Below are positions 19,901 through 30,811 of a stretch of 64,000 nucleotides of DNA, piece by piece. Origin of the DNA: an uncultured Clostridia bacterium (GTDB lineage: Bacteria > Bacillota > Clostridia > TANB77 > CAG-508); assembly GCA_947625835.1 (NCBI GenBank), contig CANQPY010000003.1:12946-76945 (forward strand), given 5' to 3'. Within the stretch, counting starts at the first letter, position 1. The number at the start of each line of letters is the position of its first letter. Below the pieces are notes generated by a model. It saw only the letters and a program-made list of their open reading frames with translations. It was not told the DNA's origin and did not search any database. The position numbers and the translations under genes were made by a program.

Positions 19901-21490
19901 ATGGAAATAAAAAAAGATGTATTAAAAAATATAATTATTGGAATTATAATACTTAGTATGTGTGGAATAATATTTGCATATCAAACACAAAAAGTAGGAT
20001 TTCACGAAGATGAAGGATACACAATTGCATCTTCTGTAAATCCAGACAATGGACTAATGAGTGCATACAAAAACAACGATGTTCCAGAAGATTTAAACGA
20101 AAATCCAGTATGGAAGACAAGAAAGTATGTTACAGACTATGTAACATTAACGCCAAATAATTACTTAAATTTTGCAGCAATTTATATGAACCAAGCCTAT
20201 GACAACCATCCACCATTTTTTTATTTATTGGTGCATTTTTCAAGTATGCTATTTGCAGGTAAATTTTCAGTTTATACTGCATTTGTAGTAAATATCATTG
20301 CTTTTGCTGCTAGTTGTATAGTTTTGAAAAAAACATTGAAATTATTAGGAAAAGAAAATTTAACAATAGGAGCATTAATTTTTTATGGACTTTCCATGGG
20401 AACCATATCGATGGTTATTTATCAAAGAATGTATATGTTATTAAATTTATTTGTAATGTTATATTTCTATTATAGTGTAAAAATATATAAAAATGATTTT
20501 GCTTTAGATAAAAAGACATTATTGCAATTGGCAGTAATTACTATTTTAGGATTTTTAACACAATATTTCTTTGCTGTTTATGCTGCTATTGTATTTTTTA
20601 TGATGATAATAAAAATGAAAAAAAGCAATAATCAAGAAAAAATAAAAAAATATTTTGTAGCCCATATAATATATGCTGCAATTGGTATACTAATATTTGT
20701 ACCAAGCATGTATCATTTATTTTTCTCAGGTAGGGGAATATCACATTTATCAAATGGTAATTACTTTGAATATTTTGGAAAATACATAAATCAATTAGCA
20801 TACGCTTTTAGCATTAATACAAATACAATTCTTATAATTGCAGTTACAATTTTATTTTTAATAGGAATTATCTATTTATACAAAAAATCAGAAGATAAAT
20901 TTATTGTATTATTAACAATAGTGCCAAGTATTATTTATTTTATATTAATGGTAAAATTAACACCATTTCAGGAATTAAGATATATTATGGTAGTAATTCC
21001 ATTTATTGTCTTAACAGTATTTATGATATTAGACTGCATAATAAATATAAAATATAAAAACCAAATTATAATTGGAATTTCAGTTATATTAGTAACAATT
21101 GGGATAGTGTTCTCAATGCCAAAGTTTTTATACAGAAATTACGAAAAAATACTTAATATAGCAAAAGAAAATAGCGAAAAATCCTTAGTGTATGTATATG
21201 ATAACTTTTTTAACCATATGCAAAGTATCCCAGAAATGATGATTTACGAAAAGACCTTGTTAATAGATACAGGAAGAAATGAAATGGATTATTTAGTAAA
21301 AGATGAAGATTTACAAAAAGAAGATTCTTTTATATTAAGTATTAAGTCTTATATGAATAATGAAGATATACTAAACAAAATAAAAGACAATACGGATTTT
21401 AAAAATATACAAAAACTATATTCTTCTAAAGAAGATACATCTGATGAATCAAAAGTTCAAAATGAGTTATACTTAGTGTCTAAAAATTAA
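19901..21490 (+). CDS. polytopic membrane protein, GT-C (ArnT/PMT-like) glycosyltransferase candidate
   Basis: 529 aa with more than 10 hydrophobic segments. The first loop carries an acidic HEDEGYT motif, as in GT-C enzymes. Confidence 0.45.
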   Translation: MEIKKDVLKNIIIGIIILSMCGIIFAYQTQKVGFHEDEGYTIASSVNPDNGLMSAYKNNDVPEDLNENPVWKTRKYVTDYVTLTPNNYLNFAAIYMNQAYDNHPPFFYLLVHFSSMLFAGKFSVYTAFVVNIIAFAASCIVLKKTLKLLGKENLTIGALIFYGLSMGTISMVIYQRMYMLLNLFVMLYFYYSVKIYKNDFALDKKTLLQLAVITILGFLTQYFFAVYAAIVFFMMIIKMKKSNNQEKIKKYFVAHIIYAAIGILIFVPSMYHLFFSGRGISHLSNGNYFEYFGKYINQLAYAFSINTNTILIIAVTILFLIGIIYLYKKSEDKFIVLLTIVPSIIYFILMVKLTPFQELRYIMVVIPFIVLTVFMILDCIINIKYKNQIIIGISVILVTIGIVFSMPKFLYRNYEKILNIAKENSEKSLVYVYDNFFNHMQSIPEMMIYEKTLLIDTGRNEMDYLVKDEDLQKEDSFILSIKSYMNNEDILNKIKDNTDFKNIQKLYSSKEDTSDESKVQNELYLVSKN

Positions 21491-21538
21491 TATGGGTACT
21501 CTTATGACGAAAAGGAATTAGAAAAAATAAAAAAACAC

Positions 21539-21567
21539 TTGCATTTTTGCTAAAAATTGGGTATAAT
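21539..21567 (+). promoter_or_regulatory. sigma-A type promoter TTGCAT-17-TATAAT of the rimP-nusA-infB operon
   Basis: Hexamers at 21539-21544 and 21562-21567. Confidence 0.6.
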
Positions 21568-21591
21568 ATGTAAGAACATAAAAAACAGACT

Positions 21592-21624
21592 AAAGAGTGG
21601 GAGCAAATCCCACTCTTGAATTTT
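21592..21624 (+). terminator. leader hairpin plus U-run between the promoter and rimP (attenuator candidate)
   Basis: Stem AAAGAGTGGGA / TCCCACTCTT followed by GAATTTT, 15 nt before the rimP start. Confidence 0.5.
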
Positions 21625-21639
21625 AAATAGGGGGAAGAA

Positions 21640-22090
21640 ATGGCAAATATAGAAGAAAAGGTAGAAACTCTTGTCAAGCCAATAATAGAAGGCTTAGGAT
21701 ATGAGTTATATGATGTAGAATATGCCAAAGAAGGGAAAAATTACTTTTTAAGAATCTTTATAGATAAGCAAGAAGGAATAGACTTAAATGACTGTGAAAA
21801 AGTAAATGATGCAATAAATAGCAAATTAGACGAAGAAGATTACATCAAAGAACAATACTTTTTAGAAGTATCATCTCCACGGAATTGAAAGATTACTTAG
21901 AAAAGACAAACACTTAGAGCAAAACATAGGAAAAGAAGTCCAAATTAAATTATTCAAAAAAGACGAAAGCGGGAAAAAAGAATATAAAGGAATACTGGAA
22001 GAATTCAATGAAAACGAGATTACAATAAAAGAAAAAATAAAAATAAATCGTAAAAATATTGCACAAATTAAAACAATTTATAATTGGTAA
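21640..22090 (+). CDS. rimP: ribosome maturation factor RimP, one +1 site
   Basis: ORF 21640..21888 continues in the +1 frame to TAA at 22088-22090. Restores [13 protein letters not shown] (the RimP SSPGxER motif). Confidence 0.85.
21880..21882 (+). other. in-frame CGG, +1 recoding site (rimP)
   Basis: TCT CCA C GGA ATT. The unshifted frame stops 2 codons later. Confidence 0.9.
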
Positions 22091-22107
22091 AGGGAGGAAT
22101 AGGAAAA

Positions 22108-23220
22108 ATGAAAGAACAAGCAATTGACAACAAAGAGTTAATACTAGCACTAGAGGAACTAGAAAAAGAAAAAGGAATTAAAAAGGAATATTTATTAGAA
22201 TCTATAGAAACAGCACTAGTAACTGCATATAAAAGAAACTTTGATTCCTTAGAAAACGTAAAAGTAGAAATGGACAAAACAACAGGAGCAACACATGTGT
22301 ATGCTTTAAAAGAAGTTGTTAAAAGGGCAAATGATAAAAACTTACAAGTAAACATCAAAGAAGCACAAAAAATCAATCCAGACTTAAAAGAAGGGGACTT
22401 TTTAGAAACAGAAATTGTACCAAGAGATTTTGGTAGAATTGCAGCCCAAACTGCAAAACAAGTTATCATTCAAAAACTAAGAGAAGCAGAAAGAGAAATA
22501 GTATTTACAGAATTTAATGACAGAAAAGGTGAAATTGTAACTGGATTAGTTCAAAAAGCAGACAAAAACATAGTAGTATTAGACTTAGGAAAATTAGAAG
22601 GTGTTATGCCAACAAAAGAACAAATTCCAACAGAACATTATCATGTAAATGATAAGATAAAAGGTTATGTTCTAAATGTTGAAAAAGGCGCAAAAGGAGC
22701 TCCACAAGTAATAGTTTCAAGAAGTCATCCTGATTTTGTAAGAAAACTATTAGAATTTGAAATACCAGAAATTTATGAAGGTGTAATTGAAATAAAAAGT
22801 GTTTCAAGAGATCCAGGAAACAGAAGTAAAGTAGCAGTATATTCACCAGATCCAAATATAGACCCAGTTGGCTCTTGTGTAGGGCAAAAGGGAGTTAGAA
22901 TTCAAAACGTTATAAATGAATTACATGGTGAAAAAATAGATGTAATTGAATGGAATGAAGATCCATCTATTTACATTGCAGCAAGTTTACTTCCAGCGCA
23001 AATACTAGCAGTAGATATTAAAGAAGAAGAAAAATTTGCTCAAGTAATTGTTCCAGATGATCAACTTTCATTAGCAATAGGAAAATCTGGGCAAAATGCT
23101 AGATTAGCAGCAAGACTAACAAATTGGAAAATAGATATTAAATCAGAAACACAGTTTAGAGAAATGTTAAAAAATATGCAAGAAGGAGAAGCACTACAAA
23201 ATACAGAAACAGAAGAATAA
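22108..23220 (+). CDS. nusA: transcription termination/antitermination factor NusA
   Basis: ATG at 22108 after GGGAGG. S1 and KH domains (GQKGVRIQNV, AIGKSGQNARLA). Confidence 0.9.
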   Translation: MKEQAIDNKELILALEELEKEKGIKKEYLLESIETALVTAYKRNFDSLENVKVEMDKTTGATHVYALKEVVKRANDKNLQVNIKEAQKINPDLKEGDFLETEIVPRDFGRIAAQTAKQVIIQKLREAEREIVFTEFNDRKGEIVTGLVQKADKNIVVLDLGKLEGVMPTKEQIPTEHYHVNDKIKGYVLNVEKGAKGAPQVIVSRSHPDFVRKLLEFEIPEIYEGVIEIKSVSRDPGNRSKVAVYSPDPNIDPVGSCVGQKGVRIQNVINELHGEKIDVIEWNEDPSIYIAASLLPAQILAVDIKEEEKFAQVIVPDDQLSLAIGKSGQNARLAARLTNWKIDIKSETQFREMLKNMQEGEALQNTETEE

Positions 23221-23259
23221 AACAAAAATCATAACATACAATAAAAGGAGGACAAAACT

Positions 23260-23526
23260 ATGACAAAATGCCAGCCACAGAGAACCTGTATGGGATGTAA
23301 TATAAAAAAAGATAAAAAAGACTTAATCAGAATTGTAAAAAACAAAGAAAATGCAATAAGCATCGACAAAACAGGAAAGCAAGAAGGCAGAGGAGCTTAC
23401 ATATGTAATAACATACAATGCTTAGAAAAAGTTATTAAATCAAAAAGATTAGAAAGAATATTGGACATAAAAATATCAGAAGAAATTTATGAAAATTTAA
23501 GAGGTGTAATACTTGGAGAAAAGTAA
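23260..23526 (+). CDS. ylxR: YlxR/RnpM family (DUF448) RNA-binding protein
   Basis: 88 aa; RTCMGCN...GRGAYIC; in the conserved position after nusA. Confidence 0.8.
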   Translation: MTKCQPQRTCMGCNIKKDKKDLIRIVKNKENAISIDKTGKQEGRGAYICNNIQCLEKVIKSKRLERILDIKISEEIYENLRGVILGEK

Positions 23527-23836
23527 AAAAATTTTAGGATTAATTGGATTAGCAGCAAGAGCAAGAAAAATCTGCTTTGGTGCAGATAGTGTTGAAGAAC
23601 AAATTAAAAAGAAAAAGGTATTTTTAATAATTGTAGCTACTAATTCTTCAGATAGGACAAAAGAAAAATTTAAAAAATTAAGTGAAGAATATAAAACACC
23701 AATAATAGTGCAAGGAGAAATAGAAGTGTTAAGCAAAGCAATCGGAAAATCAAATAAAGCAATTATAGGAATAGAAGAAAAAAATATAGCAAATGAGATA
23801 GAAAAAATAAATAATGGGGGTGAAATCATTGGGTAA
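23513..23836 (+). CDS. L7Ae/YlxQ family ribosomal-protein-like RNA-binding protein
   Basis: 107 aa, TTG start, ...[13 protein letters not shown]...; in the conserved position before infB. Confidence 0.7.
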   Translation: MEKSKKILGLIGLAARARKICFGADSVEEQIKKKKVFLIIVATNSSDRTKEKFKKLSEEYKTPIIVQGEIEVLSKAIGKSNKAIIGIEEKNIANEIEKINNGGEIIG

Positions 23837-26666
23837 GATAAAAATACATGAAATAGCAAAAAAATTAGGATTAAATAGTAAAGAAGTACTAGAAGCAGCA
23901 AAAAAACTAAAGATAGAAGTAACAAGCCATTTAAGCGGTGTAGAAGAAGAACAAGCACAAGCAATTGAAAAAAATTTGACCAAAAAAAATGTAAAGAAGG
24001 AAGAAACCAAAGAAGAAACCAAAAAGGAATCTAAAAAGGAAACCAAAAAAGAAACCAAAAAGGAATCCAAAAAAGAAGAAAAGAAGGAAGAAAAAGCACC
24101 AGTTATTATTAGAAGAGAAGTTATTATAAATCAAGAAGATGATGAAAAAGCAAAGAAAAAAGAAGAAGCCAAAAAAGAAGAAAAGAAAAACAATATTGGT
24201 TTTGTAGAAAGAAAACAAAATAAAGATTACAATATTGTTTATCGTAATAAACCAAACAAACCAATGACAGTTAGTGAATTATTTGGTCTAAAAAAAGAGG
24301 AACCAAAAAAAGTAGAAGAAGAAAAGAAGGAAGAAAAAGCAGAAGTAGAAGTACAAGATAGTAAAAACAAACCTAAACAAGAAGAAAAGACAATAGTAGC
24401 AGAAAAAAAACCTCAACAATCACAAAAAAAGGCTGTAACAGAAAACAATAATTTTAAACCAAGAAAACAAGAAAGACAATTTAATCAAAACAGAGAAAAT
24501 AGAGATAACAGAGATAATAGAAATAATAATCGAAACCAAAATAATAATTTTAGAAATAATAAAAGACCATTAGACGAAAAAGGAATAGAAAAAAACATTA
24601 AAAACATTATGTCTGCTGATGTAGTAGAAAAAGAATCAGTTAGAGAATATAATAGAGGATTAGACAAACAAAGAAATAACAACAAATTTGATGAAAATAA
24701 AACAAACAAGAAAAACAAATCAAGAAAAAATAATTTTAATGATTTTGATGAAGGAAAGCTAAAAACATTAAAACAAGCAAATAGACTATCTAACATGTTT
24801 GATAATGACCAAGAAGGTGGAATGCTTGACTATTATGATTTAACAACAGAGCGTGGTAGAAAAGGAAAGAAAAGAAATAATAAAAACCAAGAAGAAAGAA
24901 CAAAACAAAAAATCTTTAAATTGACTGATATAGAAATCCCAGAAAGCATTACAGTAAAAGATTTAGCATCAGAAATGAAGAAAACAACTTCAGAAGTAAT
25001 TAAAAAACTATTAGGCTATGGAATAATGGCAACTATTAACAATGAAATTGACTTTGATACAGCATATTTAATTGCACAAGAATTTGGAATAAATGCAAGC
25101 AAAAAAGAAACAGTAACAGAGGAAGATATCTTATTTGATGACTCAGAAGACAAGGAAGAAGAATTAGAAGTAAGACCACCAGTTATTGTTGTTATGGGAC
25201 ATGTAGACCATGGAAAAACTTCACTTTTAGATGCAGTTAGAAAAACTAATGTAATCGAAGGAGAAGCAGGAGGAATTACTCAGGCAATAGGTGCTTACAA
25301 AGTAAAAATAAAAGATAGAGAAATTACCTTCTTAGATACGCCAGGTCATGAAGCATTTACTGCAATGAGAGCAAGAGGTGCACAAATTACAGATATTGCA
25401 ATATTAGTGGTAGCTGCAAATGATGGTGTAAAACCACAAACAATAGAAGCAATAAACCATGCAAAATCTGCAGGAATACCAATTATTGTAGCAATTAATA
25501 AAATAGACTTACCAGATGCTAACATTGAAAAAGTAAAACAAGAATTAATGGCATATGATTTAGTACCAGAAGAATGGGGAGGAGAAACAATATATGTTCC
25601 AATCTCTGCAAAAAAACACGAAAATATCGACCAACTATTAGAAATGGTATTATTACAAGCAGATGTATTAGAATTAAAAGCAAATCCAAATAAACAAGCA
25701 AAAGGAACTGTAATAGAAGCAAGACTAGATAAAGCAAAAGGACCAATTGCTACAATGCTAGTACAAAGAGGAACTTTAGATGTAGGAGACACAATAGTTG
25801 TAGGTTCATCAATTGGTAGAATTAGAGCAATGAAAGATGACAAAGGAAAAACAGTAAAATTTGCAAAACCTTCTACCCCAGTAGAAATTATGGGATTAAC
25901 AGAAGTACCATCAGCAGGAGATACTTTCTATGAAGTAAAAAATGAAAAAATGGCAAAACACTTAATAGAAAGAAGAAAACGCCAAGAAAGAGAAAAAGCA
26001 ATAAATTCAGTAGCAAAAGTAACATTAGACAACTTATTTAGCCAAATGGAAGAAGGAAAATTAAAAGTATTAAATCTAGTTGTAAAAGCAGATGTACAAG
26101 GATCTGTAGAAGCAGTTAAACAAGCATTAGAAAAATTAGAAAATGATGAAGTTAGAGTAAAAGTAATACATGCAGCCGTAGGTGCAGTTAATCAATCTGA
26201 TGTTACACTTGCAAAAGTATCTAATGCGATTATTATAGCATTTAATGTAAGACCAGATGCAATGGCAAAAGAAATGGCCGAAAAAGATGAAGTTGAAATA
26301 AAACAATATTCTATCATTTATCAAGCAATTGAAGATGTAGAAGCAGCAATGAAAGGAATGCTAGAACCTAAATTTGAAGAAAAAGTAATAGGAAATGTAG
26401 AAGTAAGACAAACATTCAAAATTTCAAATGTAGGAACAATTGCAGGAGGTTATGTAATTTCTGGAAAAGTAGAAAGAAATGCAGGAGTTAGAGTAATTCG
26501 TGAAAATGTAGTTATACATGATGGACATTTAGCAACATTAAAGAGATTTAAAGACGAAGTAAAAGAAGTTGGAAAAGGATTTGAATGTGGAATGCAAATA
26601 GAAAACTACAATGACATTAAAGAAGGAGATATTATAGAAGTCTACATCATGGAAGAAATAAAATAA
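23814..26666 (+). CDS. infB: translation initiation factor IF-2
   Basis: 950 aa. K/E-rich N-terminal region, G-domain [24 protein letters not shown]. No in-frame CGG. Confidence 0.95.
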   Translation: MGVKSLGKIKIHEIAKKLGLNSKEVLEAAKKLKIEVTSHLSGVEEEQAQAIEKNLTKKNVKKEETKEETKKESKKETKKETKKESKKEEKKEEKAPVIIRREVIINQEDDEKAKKKEEAKKEEKKNNIGFVERKQNKDYNIVYRNKPNKPMTVSELFGLKKEEPKKVEEEKKEEKAEVEVQDSKNKPKQEEKTIVAEKKPQQSQKKAVTENNNFKPRKQERQFNQNRENRDNRDNRNNNRNQNNNFRNNKRPLDEKGIEKNIKNIMSADVVEKESVREYNRGLDKQRNNNKFDENKTNKKNKSRKNNFNDFDEGKLKTLKQANRLSNMFDNDQEGGMLDYYDLTTERGRKGKKRNNKNQEERTKQKIFKLTDIEIPESITVKDLASEMKKTTSEVIKKLLGYGIMATINNEIDFDTAYLIAQEFGINASKKETVTEEDILFDDSEDKEEELEVRPPVIVVMGHVDHGKTSLLDAVRKTNVIEGEAGGITQAIGAYKVKIKDREITFLDTPGHEAFTAMRARGAQITDIAILVVAANDGVKPQTIEAINHAKSAGIPIIVAINKIDLPDANIEKVKQELMAYDLVPEEWGGETIYVPISAKKHENIDQLLEMVLLQADVLELKANPNKQAKGTVIEARLDKAKGPIATMLVQRGTLDVGDTIVVGSSIGRIRAMKDDKGKTVKFAKPSTPVEIMGLTEVPSAGDTFYEVKNEKMAKHLIERRKRQEREKAINSVAKVTLDNLFSQMEEGKLKVLNLVVKADVQGSVEAVKQALEKLENDEVRVKVIHAAVGAVNQSDVTLAKVSNAIIIAFNVRPDAMAKEMAEKDEVEIKQYSIIYQAIEDVEAAMKGMLEPKFEEKVIGNVEVRQTFKISNVGTIAGGYVISGKVERNAGVRVIRENVVIHDGHLATLKRFKDEVKEVGKGFECGMQIENYNDIKEGDIIEVYIMEEIK

Positions 26667-26694
26667 AAAGATGCATAAAGGAGGAAATTAAAGT

Positions 26695-27054
26695 ATGCCA
26701 GAAAATCAAACAAGATTAGGTCGTATCAATGAACAATATAGAAAAGAATTAAGTGTAATTATTGATCAGAACTTAAAAAATCCAAATGTAACAGGCATGA
26801 TTAGTGTAACAAAAGTTAAAGTTACAAACGACCTAAAATATGCAAAAGTATATGTAAGTATCTTAAATTCAAAAAATATAAAAGATACTTTAGCAGGTTT
26901 AAAAAAATCTTCTGGTTATATTAGAAGTGAATTAGCAAGAAGGGTAAACCTAAGAAATACACCAGAATTAATATTCGAATTAGACGATTCAATTGAATAT
27001 GGAACAAAAATAGATGCCATATTAAAAGAAATTATGCCTAAAAAAGAGGAGTAA
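26695..27054 (+). CDS. rbfA: ribosome-binding factor A
   Basis: 119 aa; R..R..E....E.. N-terminus, and a TPELIFELD motif. Confidence 0.9.
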   Translation: MPENQTRLGRINEQYRKELSVIIDQNLKNPNVTGMISVTKVKVTNDLKYAKVYVSILNSKNIKDTLAGLKKSSGYIRSELARRVNLRNTPELIFELDDSIEYGTKIDAILKEIMPKKEE

Positions 27055-27058
27055 ACAT

Positions 27059-28015
27059 ATGACGTTAGATGAAATTTTATTAGAAATAAAAAAAGCAGAA
27101 AGTATAGTAATTGTAACACATGAATCACCAGATGGAGATGCTGTAGGTAGTAGCTTAGCAATGAAATTAATTGTAAGGCAAATAGGAAAGGATGCAGACG
27201 TTATCATCCCAGAATATAGCAGAATGTATCAATTCTTGCCTTTAGCTGAAGAAATAAAAGAAAGCTCAAATGTAGAAAAATACGATTTAGCTATTTCTCT
27301 TGACTGTGCAAATAACAAAAGACTAATGGGAATAGAGTATTTTGAAAATGCAAAAAGAACAATTGTAATTGACCATCATGGAAGTAACAGTATGTATGGA
27401 GATTTAAACTATGTTAATCCAGTATCTCCAGCATGTTGTGAAATTTTAGCAAGTATAGCAGAATATTTTGAAATTCCAATTTCAAAAGATTTAGGAACTT
27501 GTATTATGACAGGAATTATAACAGATACAGGAGGATTTCGTCATGACGGAATAACTCCTGATACATTTGAATATACAGCCGAATTAATTCGTTTAGGCGT
27601 TAATGTTCCAGACATATACAAAAGAACATTAAGAACAAAAACTAAAGCAAGTTTTGAATTAACAAAAAGAGTAATGGATAGAATGGAATTACTAGAAAAC
27701 GGAAAAATTTCTTTTACCTATATAAACAACCAAGATGAAATAGAAGTTAATAGCCAAGCAGGAGACCATGAAGGTTTAGTCGATATTGGTAAAGACATAG
27801 AAGGGGTATTAGTTTCTATCTTTGTAAGAGAAAAAAAGGATATGGAAAATGTATATAAAGTATCTTTACGTTCTGAAGATGGAATTAATGTATCAGACAT
27901 TTGCCTTGTTTTTGGCGGTGGAGGACATGCAAGAGCAGCAGGAGCAGTAGTTCAAGGAAGCCTAGAAGAAGTAAAAGAAAAATTAGTGAAAGAAATAAAA
28001 AAATGGATGGATTAA
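27059..28015 (+). CDS. nrnA: DHH/DHHA1 family phosphoesterase (NrnA-like oligoribonuclease / pAp phosphatase)
   Basis: HESPDGDAVGS, DHH, GGGGHARAAG. Confidence 0.8.
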   Translation: MTLDEILLEIKKAESIVIVTHESPDGDAVGSSLAMKLIVRQIGKDADVIIPEYSRMYQFLPLAEEIKESSNVEKYDLAISLDCANNKRLMGIEYFENAKRTIVIDHHGSNSMYGDLNYVNPVSPACCEILASIAEYFEIPISKDLGTCIMTGIITDTGGFRHDGITPDTFEYTAELIRLGVNVPDIYKRTLRTKTKASFELTKRVMDRMELLENGKISFTYINNQDEIEVNSQAGDHEGLVDIGKDIEGVLVSIFVREKKDMENVYKVSLRSEDGINVSDICLVFGGGGHARAAGAVVQGSLEEVKEKLVKEIKKWMD

Positions 28016-28863
28016 TTATTATAAATAAGCCAAAAAATTATACATCACATGACATAGTAAATAAAGCAAAAAAAATTCTACAAGAAAAAGTTGGTCATAC
28101 TGGAACTTTAGACCCAATGGCACAAGGTGTACTTCCATTATTAATAGGGAAAGGAACATTATGCTCAAAATATTTAATTAATCATGATAAAATATATGAT
28201 GTACAATTACAACTAGGAATAAAAACCGATACAAAAGACATAGAAGGAAAAGTTTTAGAAATTCAAGAAGTTGACCAAAAAATATTAGAAAAAGAATATA
28301 TTTTAAATACATTCAAGGGGGTTATTGGAAAGCAAAAACAATTACCTCCTATTTATTCTGCAATTAAAGTAAATGGAAAAAAGCTATACCAATATGCAAG
28401 AGAAGGAAAAACGGTAGAACTTCAACCAAGGGATATTGAAATTTATAGTTTAGAATTGTTAAAAATAAATAAAAATGAAAATCAAATTGAATTTAGAGTA
28501 AAGTGTAGTAAAGGCACATATATTAGAAGCTTGTGCGAAGATATTGCTAAAAAACTTGGAACTATTGGTTATATGTCTAATTTAAATAGAATTCAAGTAG
28601 GAGAATTTAATATTGAGAAAGCAATTAACATTGAAGACTTAGAAAATAAAAATTTTAATATTATTACAGTAGAAAAATTATTTGAAGAAAAAGATGAAAT
28701 TATATTAGAAAACGATAGAAAATTAACATTATTTTTAAATGGAGTTAAATTATCATATAACAAACCAAATGGAGTTTATAGAATTTATTTAAATAAAACT
28801 TTTATAGGCATTGGAATAGTAGAAAACAAAATACTTAAAAGGGATATTGTAATAAAAGAATAA
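28003..28863 (+). CDS. truB: tRNA pseudouridine(55) synthase
   Basis: ATG at 28003 overlaps the nrnA stop. GLIIINKPKNYTSHD, GHTGTLDPMAQGVLP. Confidence 0.9.
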   Translation: MDGLIIINKPKNYTSHDIVNKAKKILQEKVGHTGTLDPMAQGVLPLLIGKGTLCSKYLINHDKIYDVQLQLGIKTDTKDIEGKVLEIQEVDQKILEKEYILNTFKGVIGKQKQLPPIYSAIKVNGKKLYQYAREGKTVELQPRDIEIYSLELLKINKNENQIEFRVKCSKGTYIRSLCEDIAKKLGTIGYMSNLNRIQVGEFNIEKAINIEDLENKNFNIITVEKLFEEKDEIILENDRKLTLFLNGVKLSYNKPNGVYRIYLNKTFIGIGIVENKILKRDIVIKE

Positions 28864-28924
28864 TTATGCTATTATAAAAATATAGATTACTGAATTTATG
28901 TTCTAGAAAGGATGTGTATTAAGT

Positions 28925-29791
28925 ATGATTGATTTTACAAATGCAGTAGAAGAATTTAATAATTACAAGGGCTCTGAAAAAAAGAAAACACTAATATATA
29001 ATAAGAAAAAATATTTAGTAAAATTTCCAGATCCAATAAGAAAAAAAAATAAGAATATATCATATATAAATAATGCATTTTCAGAATATGTTGGAAGCAA
29101 TATATTTAAAATTTGTGGATTTGAAGTTCAAAATACCATCCTTTGTAAATACAAATATAAAGGAAAAGAAAAAATAGTTTGTGCATGTGAAGACTTTACT
29201 GATAATAGCAATGTTTTATATGAGTTTGAAAATTTAGTACTAAGTACTAATCCAGATAAGAAAATAGAAACTGAAGTTAAAGATATAATTGAAGTTATAG
29301 AAGAAAGCAAGAATTTAATTAATACTGAAGAAACAAAAAAATATTTTTGGGATATGTTTATTATAGATAGCATAATAGGAAATACTGATAGGCATAATGG
29401 TAACTGGGGATTTATATTGAATAAAAAAACAGGAAAAATTACTCTTTCACCAATATATGATTGTGGTTCTTGTTTAAATCCAATGCTTGAAGATAATGAG
29501 CTAAAAAAAATAAGTGAGGCAGAATTGAAAAATTTAAGTATAAATTGTTATTCATGCTTAAAAGAAAATGGAAAAAAATTAAATTATATGTCATATATAA
29601 AACAAATGAAAAATAAAGAAGTTAATGAGGCAATAATAAGAAATTTTAAAAATATAAATATTGATGAGATAAATAGTTTTATTGACACAATAGAAAGTAT
29701 GTCAAATGAAAGAAAAAACTTTTATAAAAGTATTATTAATAATAGATATGGAATAATGGAAAAAGTATATAAAAAGCTAAAAAATGTGTAA
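28925..29791 (+). CDS. short HipA-like Ser/Thr kinase (HipA C-terminal domain only)
   Basis: 288 aa. Catalytic-loop-like IIGNTDRHNGNWGF, then a YDCGS(C) segment. No adjacent HTH or HipB-like ORF. Confidence 0.6.
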   Translation: MIDFTNAVEEFNNYKGSEKKKTLIYNKKKYLVKFPDPIRKKNKNISYINNAFSEYVGSNIFKICGFEVQNTILCKYKYKGKEKIVCACEDFTDNSNVLYEFENLVLSTNPDKKIETEVKDIIEVIEESKNLINTEETKKYFWDMFIIDSIIGNTDRHNGNWGFILNKKTGKITLSPIYDCGSCLNPMLEDNELKKISEAELKNLSINCYSCLKENGKKLNYMSYIKQMKNKEVNEAIIRNFKNINIDEINSFIDTIESMSNERKNFYKSIINNRYGIMEKVYKKLKNV

Positions 29792-29839
29792 TATAAAATA
29801 ATCACTTTCATATATTTAATATTATAGGAGAGTGATTTT

Positions 29840-30688
29840 TTGTATTGTATTCAAGAAACTGACAAGCCCCAATTTATTTTTAAAATTTTTAATATTATTA
29901 AACTAGTGGACAATAAAATAATTTTACCAATAACGGGAGATGAAATACTTTCATCTTCTAAAATTCAAAAGCTAGCACAAAAAACTGAAAAAATTTTAAA
30001 ACAAACAGTAAGTAAAAAGCTAGTACTAAGTAAAAAAATAAAGAAACAAAAAGAATATGTAGAAATATTGAAAAATGACGGATTTGAAATTGTAGAAGGA
30101 AAATGGCTATTTGAAGTTCTTTCATGTAAAGTGCTAGATTATATGATAAAAAGAAAAAAATTAAAGAAAAAAGATTTATCTATTTCAATATTAGTAAATG
30201 ATTTAACAGAAAATATGCTAGCAATTATAAGGCAAATTGTAAAAGAATATAAACGAGTAAATATAATAACTAAATATATGGAAAAATTTAAAAGAATTGA
30301 AGAACAAATATTAGAAGAAGATGGAATTATGATAACAGTTGGAAATAATAAGAAAAAGGGACTTGCAAAGTCAGAAATTATTTTAAATGTGGATTTTTCA
30401 TCTAAACTTTTATCAGAATATAATATTTGTGAGGATGCTTTGATTATTAATATAAGAGAAAATGTGGTGATTACAAAGAAAAGGTTTAATGGAATTACTA
30501 TTAATAATTATGATATTACTTTTAAGAATTTTGATGATTATGATTATGATATAATGACTAAATATAAAGCTTGCGAAATATATGAGGCAAATATAAATAA
30601 AAAACAGCCTTTTTATGAAATTATGAAAAAAATCAAATCAGACCAAGTAGAAATAAAAAAATTGATGGGGAAAAATGCGATTTACTAA
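29840..30688 (+). CDS. hypothetical protein
   Basis: 282 aa ORF (TTG start) with GGAGAG upstream. No family recognised. Confidence 0.45.
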   Translation: MYCIQETDKPQFIFKIFNIIKLVDNKIILPITGDEILSSSKIQKLAQKTEKILKQTVSKKLVLSKKIKKQKEYVEILKNDGFEIVEGKWLFEVLSCKVLDYMIKRKKLKKKDLSISILVNDLTENMLAIIRQIVKEYKRVNIITKYMEKFKRIEEQILEEDGIMITVGNNKKKGLAKSEIILNVDFSSKLLSEYNICEDALIINIRENVVITKKRFNGITINNYDITFKNFDDYDYDIMTKYKACEIYEANINKKQPFYEIMKKIKSDQVEIKKLMGKNAIY

Positions 30689-30811
30689 AAATTGTCAAAA
30701 AGCTTCGCCCCTTGACGACAATTCTTAAAAAAAACTAAAAACCCTTTTCTTTTTAATAAAAATGTAATATAATAGTTTTGTCAAATTGTAAGTTGACAAG
30801 GGGGTAATAAA

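Noticed and set aside
23990-24560. Tandem-looking K/E/T-rich repeats (AAAGAAACCAAAAAG units) and N/R-rich repeats in the 5' third of infB
   Set aside because: This is the low-complexity charged N-terminal region common in IF-2. It is in frame and continuous with the G-domain, so it is neither a CRISPR array nor a mobile repeat.
30691-30798. Two inverted repeats upstream of the PBP gene (ATTGTC...GACAAT at about 30691-30722, and TTGTCAA-8-TTGACAA at 30777-30798 abutting the RBS)
   Set aside because: Short 6-7 bp arms in AT-rich DNA. They could be the terminator of the upstream gene and a weak operator or 5' UTR hairpin, but there is no supporting evidence from sequence alone.
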